Source of the DNA: Mustelus asterias
Lineage: Eukaryota
Direction: 5' to 3'
Assembly (NCBI RefSeq): GCF_964213995.1
Contig: NC_135830.1
Span: 15,810,001 to 15,874,000 of the forward strand
Length of the DNA stretch: 64,000 nucleotides
A model generated the notes under the pieces. The model saw nothing but the letters and a program-made list of their open reading frames with translations. It did not search any database and had not been told where the DNA came from. Below, piece after piece: positions 47,767 through 60,084 of this stretch; position 1 is the stretch's first letter, and each line of letters begins with the position of its first letter. Both the position numbers and the translations under genes were made by a program.

Positions 47767-50180
47767 ATGCAATTGTATACGGTGTTAGTGAGACCACACC
47801 GTGAGTATTGTGTGCAGTTTTGGTGTCCTTATCTGGGGAAGGATTTCATTGCCCTACAGGGAGTACAGCGAACGTTTACCAGGCTTATATCTGGGATGAC
47901 AGGTCTGTCACATGAGGAGGGACTAAGTCGGTTAGCATTACATTCATTCTAGTTTAGAAGAATAAGGGAGGAGTCATAGCAACGACAAAATTCTAACAGA
48001 GTTAGACAGGGTAGATTCAGAGAGAATGTTCCTAATGGTGGGGGAGGCCGGAAGTGGACTAGAATATCTCATCAGGTCTGAAGGCATTTTTGCAGAGAGA
48101 CCATCAGAAAGACATGGGTGTGATGGAACTTGGGAAAATAAATAGCAATATCTTGAGGAGTTTAGGTTTTCCAGAGAAGGATATGCTGGAGTCTTAAAGC
48201 GCATCCCGGTAGATAAATCCTCAGCACCTGATGAAGTGTATCCTAGGACGTTGTAGGAGGCTAGGGAGGAAATTGTGTATCCACTAGCAGAGATATTTTA
48301 AACATCGATAGCAATAGGTGAGGTGCCCGAAGATTGGAGGGTGGCAAATGTTGTGTCTTTGTTTAAAAGCGAAAAGCCTGGGAACTACAGGCCGGTGAGC
48401 CTCACAGCTGTAGTTTTTTTACGTGTTCATGGGACATGGGCGTCGCTGGCTGGCCAGCATTTATTGCCCATCCTCAGTTGCCCGAAAGCAGTTGAGAGGC
48501 AATCACATTGCTGTGGCTCTGGAGTCACATATAGGCCAGACCGTGTAATGACAGCAAATGTCCTCCCCTAAAGAGCATTAGTGAACCAGATAAGTCTTTC
48601 CAACAATCAACAATAGTTTCATGGTCATCAGTAGATTCTTAATTCCAGAATTTTTTTATTGAATTCAAATTCCACCGGCTGTCATGACCGAGTTCGAACC
48701 CCGGTCCGCAGAACTTAGTTGAGTTTCTGGATTAATAGTCTAGCGTTAATACCACGAGGCTATCGCCCCCCTCCCCCTCACCCCGCCCCCCCCACCCCCG
48801 CCGCCCCGCCCAACTAAGTTGATCGAAGGAATTCTTACAGATCGGATCGACAGGCATTTGGAGAGTCAAAGACTGATTAGGGACAGTCAGCATCGCTTTG
48901 CGAGTGGAAAATCATGTCTCACAAATTTGATTGAGTTTTTTTTGAAGGGGTAACCAAGAAGGTAGATGAGGGCCGTGCCGTCGATGTTGTCTATATGAAC
49001 TTTAGCAAGGCCTTTGACAAGGTACCGCATGGTAGGTTGTTGCATGAGATTAAAACTCACGGGATCCAGCTAGGTCGCCAAATTGATATAAAATTAACTT
49101 GATGACAGAACACAGAGGGTGGTGTAGAGGCTTGTTTTTCAAACTGGAAGGCTGTGAGCAGCGGTGTGCCATAGGGATCGATGTTGGGTCCACTGTCACT
49201 TGTCATTTATATTAATGATATGGATGAGAATTTAGGAGGCATGGTTAGTAAGTTTGCACATGACACCAAGAATGATGGCATAGTGCACAGTGAAGAACGT
49301 TATCTCATATTTCAACGGGAACTTGATCAATTCAGCCAGTGGGCTGACGAATGGCAGATGGAGTTTAATTTAGATAAATGCGAGGTGATGCATTTTGGTA
49401 GATCGAACAAGGGCAGGACTTGCTCAGTTAATGGTAGGGCGTGGCGAGAGTTATAGAGCAAAGAGATCTGGGGGTACATGTTCATAGCTCATTGAAAGTG
49501 GTGTCACAGGTGGATAGGGTGGTGAATACGGCATTCGGTATGCTTGGTTTCATTGGTCAGAACAGTGAATACAGAAACTGGGACGTATTGTTGAAGTTGT
49601 GCAATCATTGGTAAGCCAAACTTGGAATACTGTGTACTGTTCTGGTCATTCTATTATAGAAAGGACATTATTAAACTAGAAAGAATGCAGAAACGATTTA
49701 CTAGAATGCTCCGAGAACTTGATGGTTTGAGTTACAAGGAGTGGTTGGATAGACTGGGACTTTTTTCTCTGGAATGTAGGAGGCTCAGGACGATCTTATA
49801 AAGGTCTATGAAATACTGAGAGACATAGATCAGCTAGATAGTCAATATCATTTCCCAGTGGTAGGGGAGTCTAAAACTGGAAGGCATAGGTTTAAGATGA
49901 GAGCGGAGAGATACAAAAGGATCCAGAGGAGCATTCTTTTTTCACACTGAGGGTGGTGAGTGTCTGTAACAATCTACCAGAGATAGTAGTAGAGGCGGGT
50001 ACAATTGTGTCTTTTAACAAGCGTTTAGAAAGTTACATGAGCAAGATTGCTATCGAGGGATATGGGCCAAACGCTGGCAATTGGGACTGGCTTGGTCGTT
50101 AAAAAAAGGTGGCATGGACAAGCCTGGCAGAAGGGCCTTTTTCCATGCTGTAAACCTGTGACTCTAAGACTCTTTGACTC
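47767..50180 (+). mobile_element. Decayed CR1-type LINE pieces, with a nested antisense SINE at ~48412-48770
   Basis: PEDWRVANVV..NYRPVSLT, MLGPLSLVIYINDMDE..SKFAHDTK, WADEWQMEFNLDKCEVMHFG. Confidence 0.8.
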
Positions 50181-50189
50181 TATGAGATT

Positions 50190-50360
50190 GGAGCCAACGT
50201 TTCGAAATCAACTTGTCAGAGGCTCAGAGCTCTGACGGCGGGTCATCAGGACTCGAAACGTTGTCTCTATTCTCTATCCACTGATACTGTTAAAACTGTT
50301 GACATTATCCAGCATTTTCTGTTTCTGTTTCAGTTTCCAGCATAAGCAATAATTTGTTTT
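50190..50360. mobile_element. Second Penelope-like terminal family with hammerhead-like motif
   Basis: CTGACGGC-GGGTC-ATCAG-GACTC-GAAACGTT (50232-50262), preceded by an inverted degenerate copy. Related decayed copies at ~28885, ~31215, ~33370. Confidence 0.55.
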
Positions 50361-51716
50361 ATTAAGCAAAGGAGAGTGATAGGCTGCAACGCACTGACGA
50401 TAGAGATGGTGTTGCAAAGTATATTTGGGTGGTAATGGGTCAGACTTTACCTTTTACACTGACACAAACATCGCCTCGATCTCGCTCCAAATCTCGGACT
50501 AAATGATAATCTTCGCATTGAATCTACTCAGTCCCATGAGGTCACAAGAGCTGAACACAAGTGAAGAAGGTGGATTTTGCAGTAATGGGTTGTAGGATGA
50601 AAGAAATATTGTGAAGGCAGCAGCAGTGGGGATGAAAATGAAACAATTATAGAAAGTTACAGTCGAGGAACAGCTTATTAGTCTTGGCATATTGCTTTGA
50701 AACAACAGTTGTGATTAGTTGATCAGGAATAAGAAAGAGACAAGTTGTTTCATACGAAATTCTATTTTCACAATTTGTCACCTGTCATTGAACCTGGGCC
50801 TTGGCGGTTAAAGCCTTGAATCTGAACCACGAGACCACCCGCTCTCCAGCATCACCTGCTCAATGTTTGCGTGTCTATCATTCCTTGTGTCAATTAATCC
50901 ACCTTGCCTTGCTCTCTACCACAGACCTTCACTTTTGTTGTTTTTACCGAGTGACTCCTGACTTTGCAATCAGAAAATGCTGGAAATACTCAGCATATCA
51001 GTTGACATTTACCAAAAACACAAATTATGAAACGTTTCCCTGACTCTGTATTGAAAAGCATGCAGAAATATTGCTGTCCGGTTTCGAACCCTCAGAAAGA
51101 ATGTAATAATTGAAGTGGCGAGTTTGTTGTATGTTGTCAATGGCTGAACATATCACTGGTATTGAAGCAGATTGTGTCATTTTTCAGGAGAATCCCTTTG
51201 GTTCAAGTGTGCTTTCAGCGAGCTTAACAATAACAAAAGGAGCGTGGATAAAGCAAATTTTAAAACATGCTGTAACTGCTGGTCTGATGGATAGAGTTTG
51301 ACACTTTCACTGCTGTTTTGATTACAGGTCAGGATATGAAGATTTATTGCTCGTGTCCAAATCATGAAACACATTTCAGTTATTTCCCTGTAGAATGCAG
51401 GAATCCTGGTCTCGCCTCATGTCCTGCCCTTATTGAAGTGAAGACCCTGACCAAATTCAACAGGAAGTATTCTTGTCATTTCTGGCGGGAGATTAGGAAC
51501 CAGACGAGGTTAAGGACAGTTTAAATCGTAAAGGCCCTTCACTGAAGTTCATTGTGTTTCTGACTGGAGAAGAGTTCTCTTTGTTGCATGGATCACTTCT
51601 CTGATTAACTGACGGAACGGACTCGAAGTACCCAATGGTTCATACCAAATTCTTTGCCTCTGAGCTATTTCACTAGCAATACCGTTAAAATACCTGGTGA
51701 TCGTTTGCACTTCCGT

Positions 51717-51799
51717 GATAGCGGGTCCGAGTGGTCTCAGACGTTGGGTTGAGGTTCCAGTCTTTGGGGAGGCGTGAATTCCAATTCAAACGCTGCTAC
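51717..51799 (+). pseudogene. Decayed tRNA-Leu
   Basis: GATAGCGGGTCCGAGTGGTCTCAGACGTTGG...CCAGTCT...GGAGGCGTG...CGCTGCTA. Confidence 0.55.
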
Positions 51800-52589
51800 A
51801 AGTGGTTTTAGTTCTGGACACTACGCTGGAGATTTTCAGCTGTGAAGAGGGGCGAAATACATTGGGGCTGATTTCGCCTGAGCATTGAATGCTGAGGGCC
51901 GACATGATTGAGTGTGCAAAATTTTGAGGGACATGGATTGGCAGATAGGAATAGTCGTTTCCCCATAGCAGAAGGGTGAACAACCAGGCGGCATAGATTT
52001 AAGGTATGGAGAAAGAGCTTCAGAGAGGATCAGAGGGTGATGGCAATCTGGAACCCACTGCCTGAAAGGTTGTTAGAGGCGAGAACACCAACACTAAGAA
52101 CACTTAAGAACCATTTAGAAGAGCACTTTAAATGCCTCGATATTACAGGCAGCCACATTCGTCACACCTCTGGAGTACAGCTCTTTTGTCCATGTGTGAC
52201 ATTGGCAAACTTCCAGCAAATTGGGACCCGGCTTCAATTCCAGCCTTCGGTAATTGTGCGGCGTTTGCACGTTCTCCCCGTGTGTGCCTGAGTTTCCTGC
52301 CGGTGTTCAAGTTTCCTCCCACAGTGACCAGTTGTGCATGTTAGGTGGATTGGCCACGTATTTGCTGTAATTGCTTATAAATGATAGATTGGCTGTGTGA
52401 CTATCTAGCAAAGTTTAGACAATGACATGAAATGAGGCAGTGGGAAAATAGATGATTATGGTCTAATTGCAAATCTCTCTTATGAGCTTTTCTAGTGGTC
52501 AGGATTAGGCGCCGTGCCCGGGATTTATTCCCAGTCACGGGGTGAACATTTTTTTGTTTAACTCATCATTAAATCAAATTAGGCCTCTG

Positions 52590-53135
52590 TGAAGCGAGAT
52601 CGGTTCGAAGTCTGTCCCATTAAACACGGTGATAGTGCCACATAACACAATGGAGGCTATTCTCAATGCAAAGGTGGGACTTCATCTCCACACGGATTAT
52701 GCAGTGATCACTCTTGCTGATACCGTCGTGGACAGTTGCATCTGCAGCCGGCAGATTGGTAAGGATGAGGTCAAGTATGTTGTTTCCTCTTGTTGGTTCC
52801 TTCACCAGCTGCTGTAGATCAAGTCTAACAGTTACATATTTTAGGACCCGACCAGCTCGATCAGTATTGCTGCTACTGAACCATTCTCGTTGGTGGACAT
52901 TGAAATCCCCCATCCAGAGTACATTCTGCGCCCTTGCCACCCTCAGTGCTTCCTTCAAGTGTATTTCAACATGGAGGATCACTGATTCATGAGCCGAAGG
53001 AGGACGGTACCTGGTATCCAGTAAGAGGTTTCCTTCCACATGTTTAACCTGAAGCCATGAGACTACAGAGTCGATGTTAAGAATTCCCAGGGCAACTCAC
53101 TCCCGATTGTATCCCACTGCGCTGCCATCTCTGCT
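52590..53135 (-). mobile_element. LINE AP-endonuclease fragment
   Basis: ORF 52620-53039: YRPPS...MGDFNVH...EPTRGNNILDLILTN...SDH. Confidence 0.8.
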
Positions 53136-53799
53136 AGGTGGCGGCACTGTGGTATACAGTCGCTAGGAGTTCGCTGGGGCATGAAATTTACACTGAGGCG
53201 AAATCGTCCCACAAGATGCTGAAGTGATCGAATTATATAAAATTTTAAGAGGGATTGATAGAGTAAACGTAGACAAAATGTTTCTTCTTATTGGGCAGTC
53301 GAGATCAAGAGGTCACAATTACACAAAAAAACAAAACACGATGAATGCTGGAATCTGTGCAAAAAACAGAAAATGCTTGGAAATCTCAACTGATCTGACA
53401 GCATCTGTGGGGAAGGAATAGAACCAACCTACTGTCACATGGATAGGTTGAGAGGCGGTAGATTTAAAACGGAGATGTTGGGGAACTACTTATTGCTAAT
53501 GGTCGTCGATTTGTGGAACTCGCTGCTCCATTGAAGGGTGGAGTCTGAATCCTTAAAAAGGTTTAAAGAAGGAGACAGATATATTTCCAACACAAAATGA
53601 ATTAACAGATAAGGGGCAGTGGATTTGAGACCAGGGAATGATCAGCCATGAACTGATTGAATGCTGGAGCAGGCTCGAGGCGCTGAATTTGCCCACTGCT
53701 GATCTTAATTCCTATGTTCCTAAGTGAAACTTTCAATCTTTAGAACCCACCAACCACATCAATGAGGCAGGTGTGCAACCTATCTGCCAAAATACTTGT

Positions 53800-54365
53800 T
53801 TTGGCAGATAAGGCAAAGGAGAATCCAAAGAGCTTCGACAAAGACAGAAAGGGCAAAAGAGTAGGAAGGGAGAGAGTAGGGCCTCTTAAGGATCAACAAG
53901 ATCATCTATGTGCGGATCCACAAGAGATGGGTGGGATCCTAAATGAATATTTCTCATCAGTATTTGCTGTAGAGAAAAGCATGGATGTTCGGGAACTTCA
54001 GGAAATAAATTGTGATGTCTTGAGGAGTGTACATTTTACAGATAAGGAGGTGCTGGAAGTCTTAACGCGCATTGAGGCGGATAAATCCCGGGACCTGATG
54101 AAGTATATCCCAGGACATTGTGGGAGGCTAAGGAGGAAATTGAGGGTCCCCTAGCAGAGATATTCGAATCGCTGATAGTCGCAGGTGAGGTGCCTGAAGA
54201 TTGGAGTGTGGTAAATGTTGTGCTTGTTTAAAAAGGGCTGCAGGGAAAAGCCTGGGAACTACAGGCCAGTGAGCCCCACATCTGTGATGGGTAAGTTGTT
54301 GGAAGGTATTTTAAGAGACAGGACCTACAGGCATTTTGAGACGGAATGACTTATTAGAGATAGTC
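53800..54365 (+). mobile_element. CR1-type LINE internal fragment
   Basis: LADKAKENPKSF...ILNEYFSSVF...NYRPVS. Confidence 0.8.
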
Positions 54366-54367
54366 AA

Positions 54368-54676
54368 CGACTTGCCTGTGCTTGCAAAATCTCACTAACT
54401 GTCCTGGCTGGAGACAATACACATCTCTTTAACCTGTGCTTAACCCTCTCTCCACTCAAATTGTCTGTACCTTTAAGACCTGATTACCTGTAAAGACTCG
54501 CATTCCAACCATTGTTTTGTAAATTGAGTTTGTGTCTATATATGCCTTGTTTGTGAACACAACTCCCACTCACCTAATCAAGGGGCAGTGCTCCGAAAGC
54601 TTGTGGCTTGTGCTAACAAATAAACCTATTGGACTTTAACCTGGTGTTGTGAGACTTCGTACTGTGCTTACCCCAG
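54368..54676 (+). mobile_element. Penelope-like 3' UTR/terminal repeat, hammerhead core mutated
   Basis: Complementary to 39490-39770; CTAATCAAGGGGCAGTGCTCCGAAAGCTT at 54574. Confidence 0.75.
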
Positions 54677-55281
54677 CGGGCGGTGGTGGGGGTGGGGAGG
54701 AGGAGAACTGGGGGGAGTGGTGGAAACAATCCCTCAGCATGTACACTATCAAACAGTCTCGCCGTTGCAGACTTGTCAATGGGATCACTTTTTATTACAG
54801 AGAAAGGGATAACCACAATGAATCTCTCCTCCAAGGGCAACTGTCTCATCACAGCAATCAATCCATTGAACCTTCGTTACACAGACACTGCGAGAATAGA
54901 GGGAAATAAGAACACACGATGGAAAGTGGATAGAGGCACAGTGAGAGACCGAGAGAGTGAAAAATAATGAGGTCGTTCCACAGAAACAAAGAGAGACAGA
55001 TATAGACAGTGCGTGGGGGAGTCAGCCACATCGTATGAATGAATAACAATGTACACAAAGCTAGCGGCCGGAACCCACAAGCATTGTGTCCTCTGAATTG
55101 TTGACGAGGGGTAAAGAGAATGTCCAAAAGAACAGAAAACTTTTGAAAACATCTTGAATTGCCTGTGAGTGCGTTGTGCTGTTAGATTCCTTGTGCTATC
55201 AGTTTCCCAAACGCAACCACTGGAAAACACATCCTGCCGTGTGCACAGCAAAGAAATGAACAAGACTTTGCCATTGCAATG

Positions 55282-55371
55282 GGGCTCGTCCGGGATTTGA
55301 ACCCAGGACCTCTCGCAGCCTTGCACATCATAACACCCAAAGCGAGAATCATACCCCTAGACCAACGAGCC
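55282..55371 (-). tRNA. tRNA-Pro(TGG) with 18-nt intron (55318-55335)
   Basis: Canonical exons with one T-stem C->T (G-U pair); intron TGTTATGATGTGCAAGGC. Confidence 0.9.
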
Positions 55372-56493
55372 GCTGTTGCGGGAGTTGCTCAAATACGGAT
55401 ATTATATTGTCACACAAATCTGACCAGACAGCTGCACTGAAAGCTGGAAGCGCTGGAAAAACTCAGGACGTCAGGCAGCAAGTGCGCACAGGGAAAGGAC
55501 TCTCTTCTTACACCTTCATAACCTTTCATTTTACCCTTTAAGCTTGTAAAGTTTGGAAATATAGGAAGTTTTAAACAAGTGAAATCCAGGAGCGAGGAAA
55601 CATAACAACAGGAAAGGGCCCTGACCGGGTACAATTCAAGAGAGATAAATGAACAACTTGTTTACAGTCCATGGTCTGAGCGTGACGAAAGCAGAGTATC
55701 ATACAACGTTTGCACCGCAGAATGAGACCATTCACAAAATCTTTGAAAAAGTCACGTGTGCTGTGGATAATAGGGAGCCAGTGGGTGTACTGTACAGCGA
55801 TTTCACAGGAGCTGCAGTGATGAGGTTGGTGGATTTGGGAAATTGAGAGGAACACATGAGTAGCTTGTCTGACTATTTCGTCTCATTGCCGCTTTCATGC
55901 TGCAGCGAAAAGTAATCCTTGTTGCCATTGGATGAAGGACTAACTTGTGTTCTACCTGAACAGAACATTTTGAAAGAGAGACTTGCCTCTGGTGGAGATA
56001 GATCTGAGATGAAAATAATGAAATATAAAACGAAGTAAATTTGATTAAACATCCAACGTATTAGAAATATTGGGTCATCCAAACTATTAGAAATATTGGG
56101 TTGACAGTAAGTGGCATGAATTGATGCTGTGATCGCAGATATAGAACTGGAACCCACCATCACACCGGGTGAATCCGCTGTCTGTTTAAATGTTGATCAA
56201 AGAAAAATGTTAATCACCTTGCACAATGGAACGTACGGTAACTCAGTCAATAAGCACCCTCCACTCACAAATAACAGAAAGGGTCAATTTCATCTCACAA
56301 CTTTAAACTTCTTGCTATGTTCCGTACATTTACCATGAAGTTTAATAAAGTAAGTGAATAGAGTTTGTGATGGTAAAAAAAATGTCCACGCCCATGAGGT
56401 ACGTGAGCATAGTGACGGACACAGAGGAACAAACATAACCATAGACCACCGAGACAGAGGAATAAGGAGAGACAAAACGGAGGTTAGACATTA

Positions 56494-56566
56494 AGGGTAT
56501 ATAGCTTAGGGGTCGGGCATTTGACTGCAAGTCAAGACGCTTCTGCATTCAAATCGGATGCCTCCT
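56494..56566 (+). pseudogene. tRNA-Cys(GCA), divergent
   Basis: GCATTTGACTGCAAGTCAAGA...TTCAAATC; acceptor and T stems disrupted. Confidence 0.65.
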
Positions 56567-56960
56567 TCCGCGCTTAATAGATTTTGTTTTCAATCTAAAC
56601 TGCCCTTCATTGGCTGGAAAGCGCTTTGTGACGTCCACTGGACGGGAGAGGTTCTATATCAATGCAAACATTTCATGACCTTCAGTCCCAGTCCTCTGTT
56701 ACTGAGCCCAATCAGTGGGAACAATCTGTCCCTCCCTGCTCTATCAAACGGCCCTTTTCCCATGTTAGGAGAAGGGATTAACCATTACACCACAACAACA
56801 CTGTGGGGTAAAATAGTAAAACATACATGTTTAGATTTGTAAACGATGCCATCATTTGGTCTTTCTGTGTCAGGCTTGGTGAAAATTGAAATGGCACCGA
56901 ATTTGCAGCCAACACTTTAACACTATGATTTAAGATGCCACGTGGGCTACAGATGTGTCA

Positions 56961-57034
56961 GTCTCTGTGGCGCAATTGACCAGCGCGTTCGGCTGTTAAT
57001 TGAAAAGTTGGTGGTTCGAAAACATCCAAGGATG
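56961..57034 (+). pseudogene. tRNA-Asn(GTT), mutated
   Basis: GTCTCTGTGGCGCAAT...GCGCGTTCGGCTGTTAA...GGTGGTTCGA, with a T-run terminator after it; T and acceptor stems mismatched. Confidence 0.75.
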
Positions 57035-57334
57035 GCGCTTGCACTTTTTTTTCTCTCCATCTGCTTTCATTGTCTCTCGGTTTTTGAGTACCACTGACTC
57101 CTTAGGCAACACTAAAAAAAACTTATCGTGTGTTTCTGCCTCTACTGTTAGCCGACGTTAGTTTATTGAACATTTATCTCATATTATTTGTAACAATTTA
57201 TATATTTCAAATATTATTAAACTCAATAACTGAACTCGAAACTTCAACCCATGTTTGACCTTGGTTTTCCATTTTCCTGCTTTCCAGCCAATGAAGGACA
57301 GTTTAGATTGAAAACAAAATCTATTAAGCGCGGA

Positions 57335-57407
57335 AAGAGGCATCCGATTTGAATGCAGAAACGTCTTGACTTGCAGTCAAATGCCCGACCCCTAAGCTAT
57401 ATTCCCT
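57335..57407 (-). pseudogene. tRNA-Cys(GCA), inverted copy of 56494
   Basis: Part of a 133-bp inverted repeat. Confidence 0.65.
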
Positions 57408-58955
57408 TAATATCAATGAGCTATACCCCCTCAGGGCATTTTTGTAATCAATCATGAAGTACAAACTAACATTTTGTTTGCTCTAATTCAGTTCATATGC
57501 AACAACGATCTAGAATCGGGGAAAATTAAAAGAAATGTTAATTTCAATTATGTTTCGACCTTATTTTAAATCGGGGAGCCTTTCGTATATGAAATGAACA
57601 TGTTAACCCCTACAATCCAGAAGCTCTGCTCATGACCAATGTGACCGGCCTAGAATATCAAACAGTGCAGTCTGATTGCAATTTAAATCCTTGCTTTGTA
57701 GAATTATAATTCTGTGGAAAACCTTAGCCATGTGGCAGAGTCATTGATCTAACATAAGATTTAGAAAATAGCATTTGTCCCGAATTTTATCTTTCTCCAT
57801 GACTGCAGTTGCAGAATATTATTGAAGCATTGGTGAATTGTAAATGCCACATGGCTGTGAGATAATGTGATTCCTTAATATTTAATAACACTGAGAGATG
57901 GGACAGCTGTTTTGCAAAGGTATTATCAGTTTTTATGAACACAATAATCAGTATACTTCAGGAACACAGGTGACAAATGGAAGTGTTTAGAATTTGATGC
58001 GTGTCCACAGATTCTGTCAAACCAGCTGAGAATTTCCACCATCTTATGCTTGTATTATAAATACAGGTTTTATCAGAACATAAAACACACTGCAAGACGG
58101 CAACGATAAATGAATTAGTCCCACAAGCTGTTCACGTGTAAATTTTAATTTCCGAAACCCACCAATCTCATCATTACTGATCCTGTGAAACTTACCTTGT
58201 AAAACACGGCAGGCATTCATCTCTCAAAGAACTGAAACGCCTCAAATGTGAACTCTCTGCTCTCAATCTCAGGACTTTGCAATTATAAAAACAGCATTCT
58301 AGTGAAAGTGTAACTCAGTCCTCACTCCACTGATCTTTGCCGACTTACTGTGTATTTCCCTCATTGAACTCATTTCAGGTTGGGACAGACAAATTCCTGA
58401 TCTATTGGCAGCGCTTTGCAGCCTATCACTGTCCTTCACTATCTGTGTTTGTTCTTGAACTGTTGCCCATGTGACATTTCCAATTCGGACACAAATATAG
58501 ATCTAACTCCACTGCTTCTGACAGAGCTGTTTTCGATCAGGAAACAACTCAGGTTTGTTAAATGGAATACCAAAAACTTTAAATCTTAGCATATTGAAGC
58601 CGATCAATGACCCTGAAAGCGCCAAATCCGAAGCACTGGACCATGAGGATTTCCTTCTCCTGGTTCTCCCATAGACTGAATACAGGAATTCCACAGTGCC
58701 AATTATTCACAGTCGCATTCTCCTTCCAGTCTTGTGCACGTTGTTCAGCTTTGAAATTATTCATCTTTTCACATTAGCTTCCAGTGTGATGAAAGCAGAG
58801 CAGTGATAAGCTGAAGGTTTTCAACAGATTTACCACAATAAGGTTTATAACAAACATTACTCTTTGAATGTGGTGAGCTGCAGTGACATTTAATGCAGTC
58901 GAAGGTAACTCACTCATTCTGACAGTTGGTACCAGCAATTGCAATGTAAGTATGA

Positions 58956-59122
58956 TGTCGAGATACCGGCGTTGGACTGGGGTGGGCACAATAAGAAGTC
59001 TCACAGCATCATGTTAAAGTCCAACAGGTTCATTTGCTCCGATAATAAAATCAATTTGCTTTATTTTATCAGCGCCCGGAAAGCTCCTGACTCCAAATAG
59101 ACCTGGTGTTGTAAGACTTCCT
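58956..59122. mobile_element. Penelope-like inverted terminal remnant with TSD
   Basis: AATGTAAGTATGA (58943-58955) and AATGTAAATATGA (59123-59135) flank inverted terminal pieces. Confidence 0.65.
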
Positions 59123-59284
59123 AATGTAAATATGAATTGTTGTGGGTAATTGACAGGATTGTGGAATGGGGCAGATTTTTCCTTCTTCCTGTTCAACCTG
59201 CCACAAGTATCTCTCCCGTTTTCGACCAGGAAGCAATATCCACTCTCCTTAATTCATGTGTTGCACGAGAGCAATGAATCATCA

Positions 59285-59356
59285 TTCCCGACCCGCGAAT
59301 CGAACCCAAACCATGGCAGTTAAAGCAGCGAATTCCATCGACTAGACCAACAGGGA
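59285..59356 (-). pseudogene. Decayed tRNA-Glu
   Basis: Paralog of 39012 with a shared ~130-bp flank. Confidence 0.55.
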
Positions 59357-59656
59357 AATTGAGGTGACCTGAGCATTATTGAGCAATTGTGGGCGTGTGT
59401 GTGTGTGTGTGATTTGGGAGAAAGGTCACGTGCTTTCGGGTAATCCCTGATGAATGAAGCCTCCGACCTCGTTATCGCTGAGCGTTTTGTGTTCTTGAGA
59501 AATCGTCCTCTGGAGCTGATGCAATGAGGCCAGGAGAGTAACTCACTGCACCGTCCGCAATGTGATTGCGGTGCGATTTGCTGAAAGCTGTTCATTTTAT
59601 TAAAATAATCTTTTTGCGAATTGTAAATGAAATGCCCGTCAGTACCCGGTATGAAT

Positions 59657-59735
59657 TCTCACAACACCAGGTTAAAGTGCAACAGGTTTGTTTGAAATCA
59701 CGAGCTTTCGGAGCGCAGCTCCTTCATCACTCACG
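59657..59735 (-). mobile_element. Penelope-like terminal remnant with hammerhead motif lacking C3
   Basis: Minus strand GTGATGAAGGAGCTGCGCTCCGAAAGCTCGTGA...CCTGGTGTTGTGAGA. Confidence 0.7.
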
Positions 59736-60084
59736 CTGAGGATTCACCACATTTTTCTGGCTTTGAATGAAAGCAATAGATATCTCGTCAATTCCCCTGT
59801 ATCCTGAGTGTACGACACTGATTTCCACAGTACACTGCTTTAAATGTTTGTTTTCAATGTGAAATTAAGTATTTTGATTCCATGTGAAGGATTTAAACTT
59901 ACACTCTTCCGGGAAGATTGTGACATAGTGGTAAAATCAGTGGAGCATGAATCCTGTGGCCCAGGCTCACAGGTCACGATCCCACCGCAGTCTAGAACTG
60001 AAACGGAAGTGAAAACTAGTCTCAGTAATGAAGCTTTGTTTTCTGATTGTCATGAAAACACATCTTGCAGAAGGAAATCTGTCA

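Larger units (their letters stand above)
54710..57000 (-). repeat. Inverted segmental duplication of ~34550-38210 (without the Tx1 insert and tandem copy)
   Basis: Reverse-complement colinearity of the Asn, Cys and Pro tRNA genes and their spacers. Confidence 0.85.
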
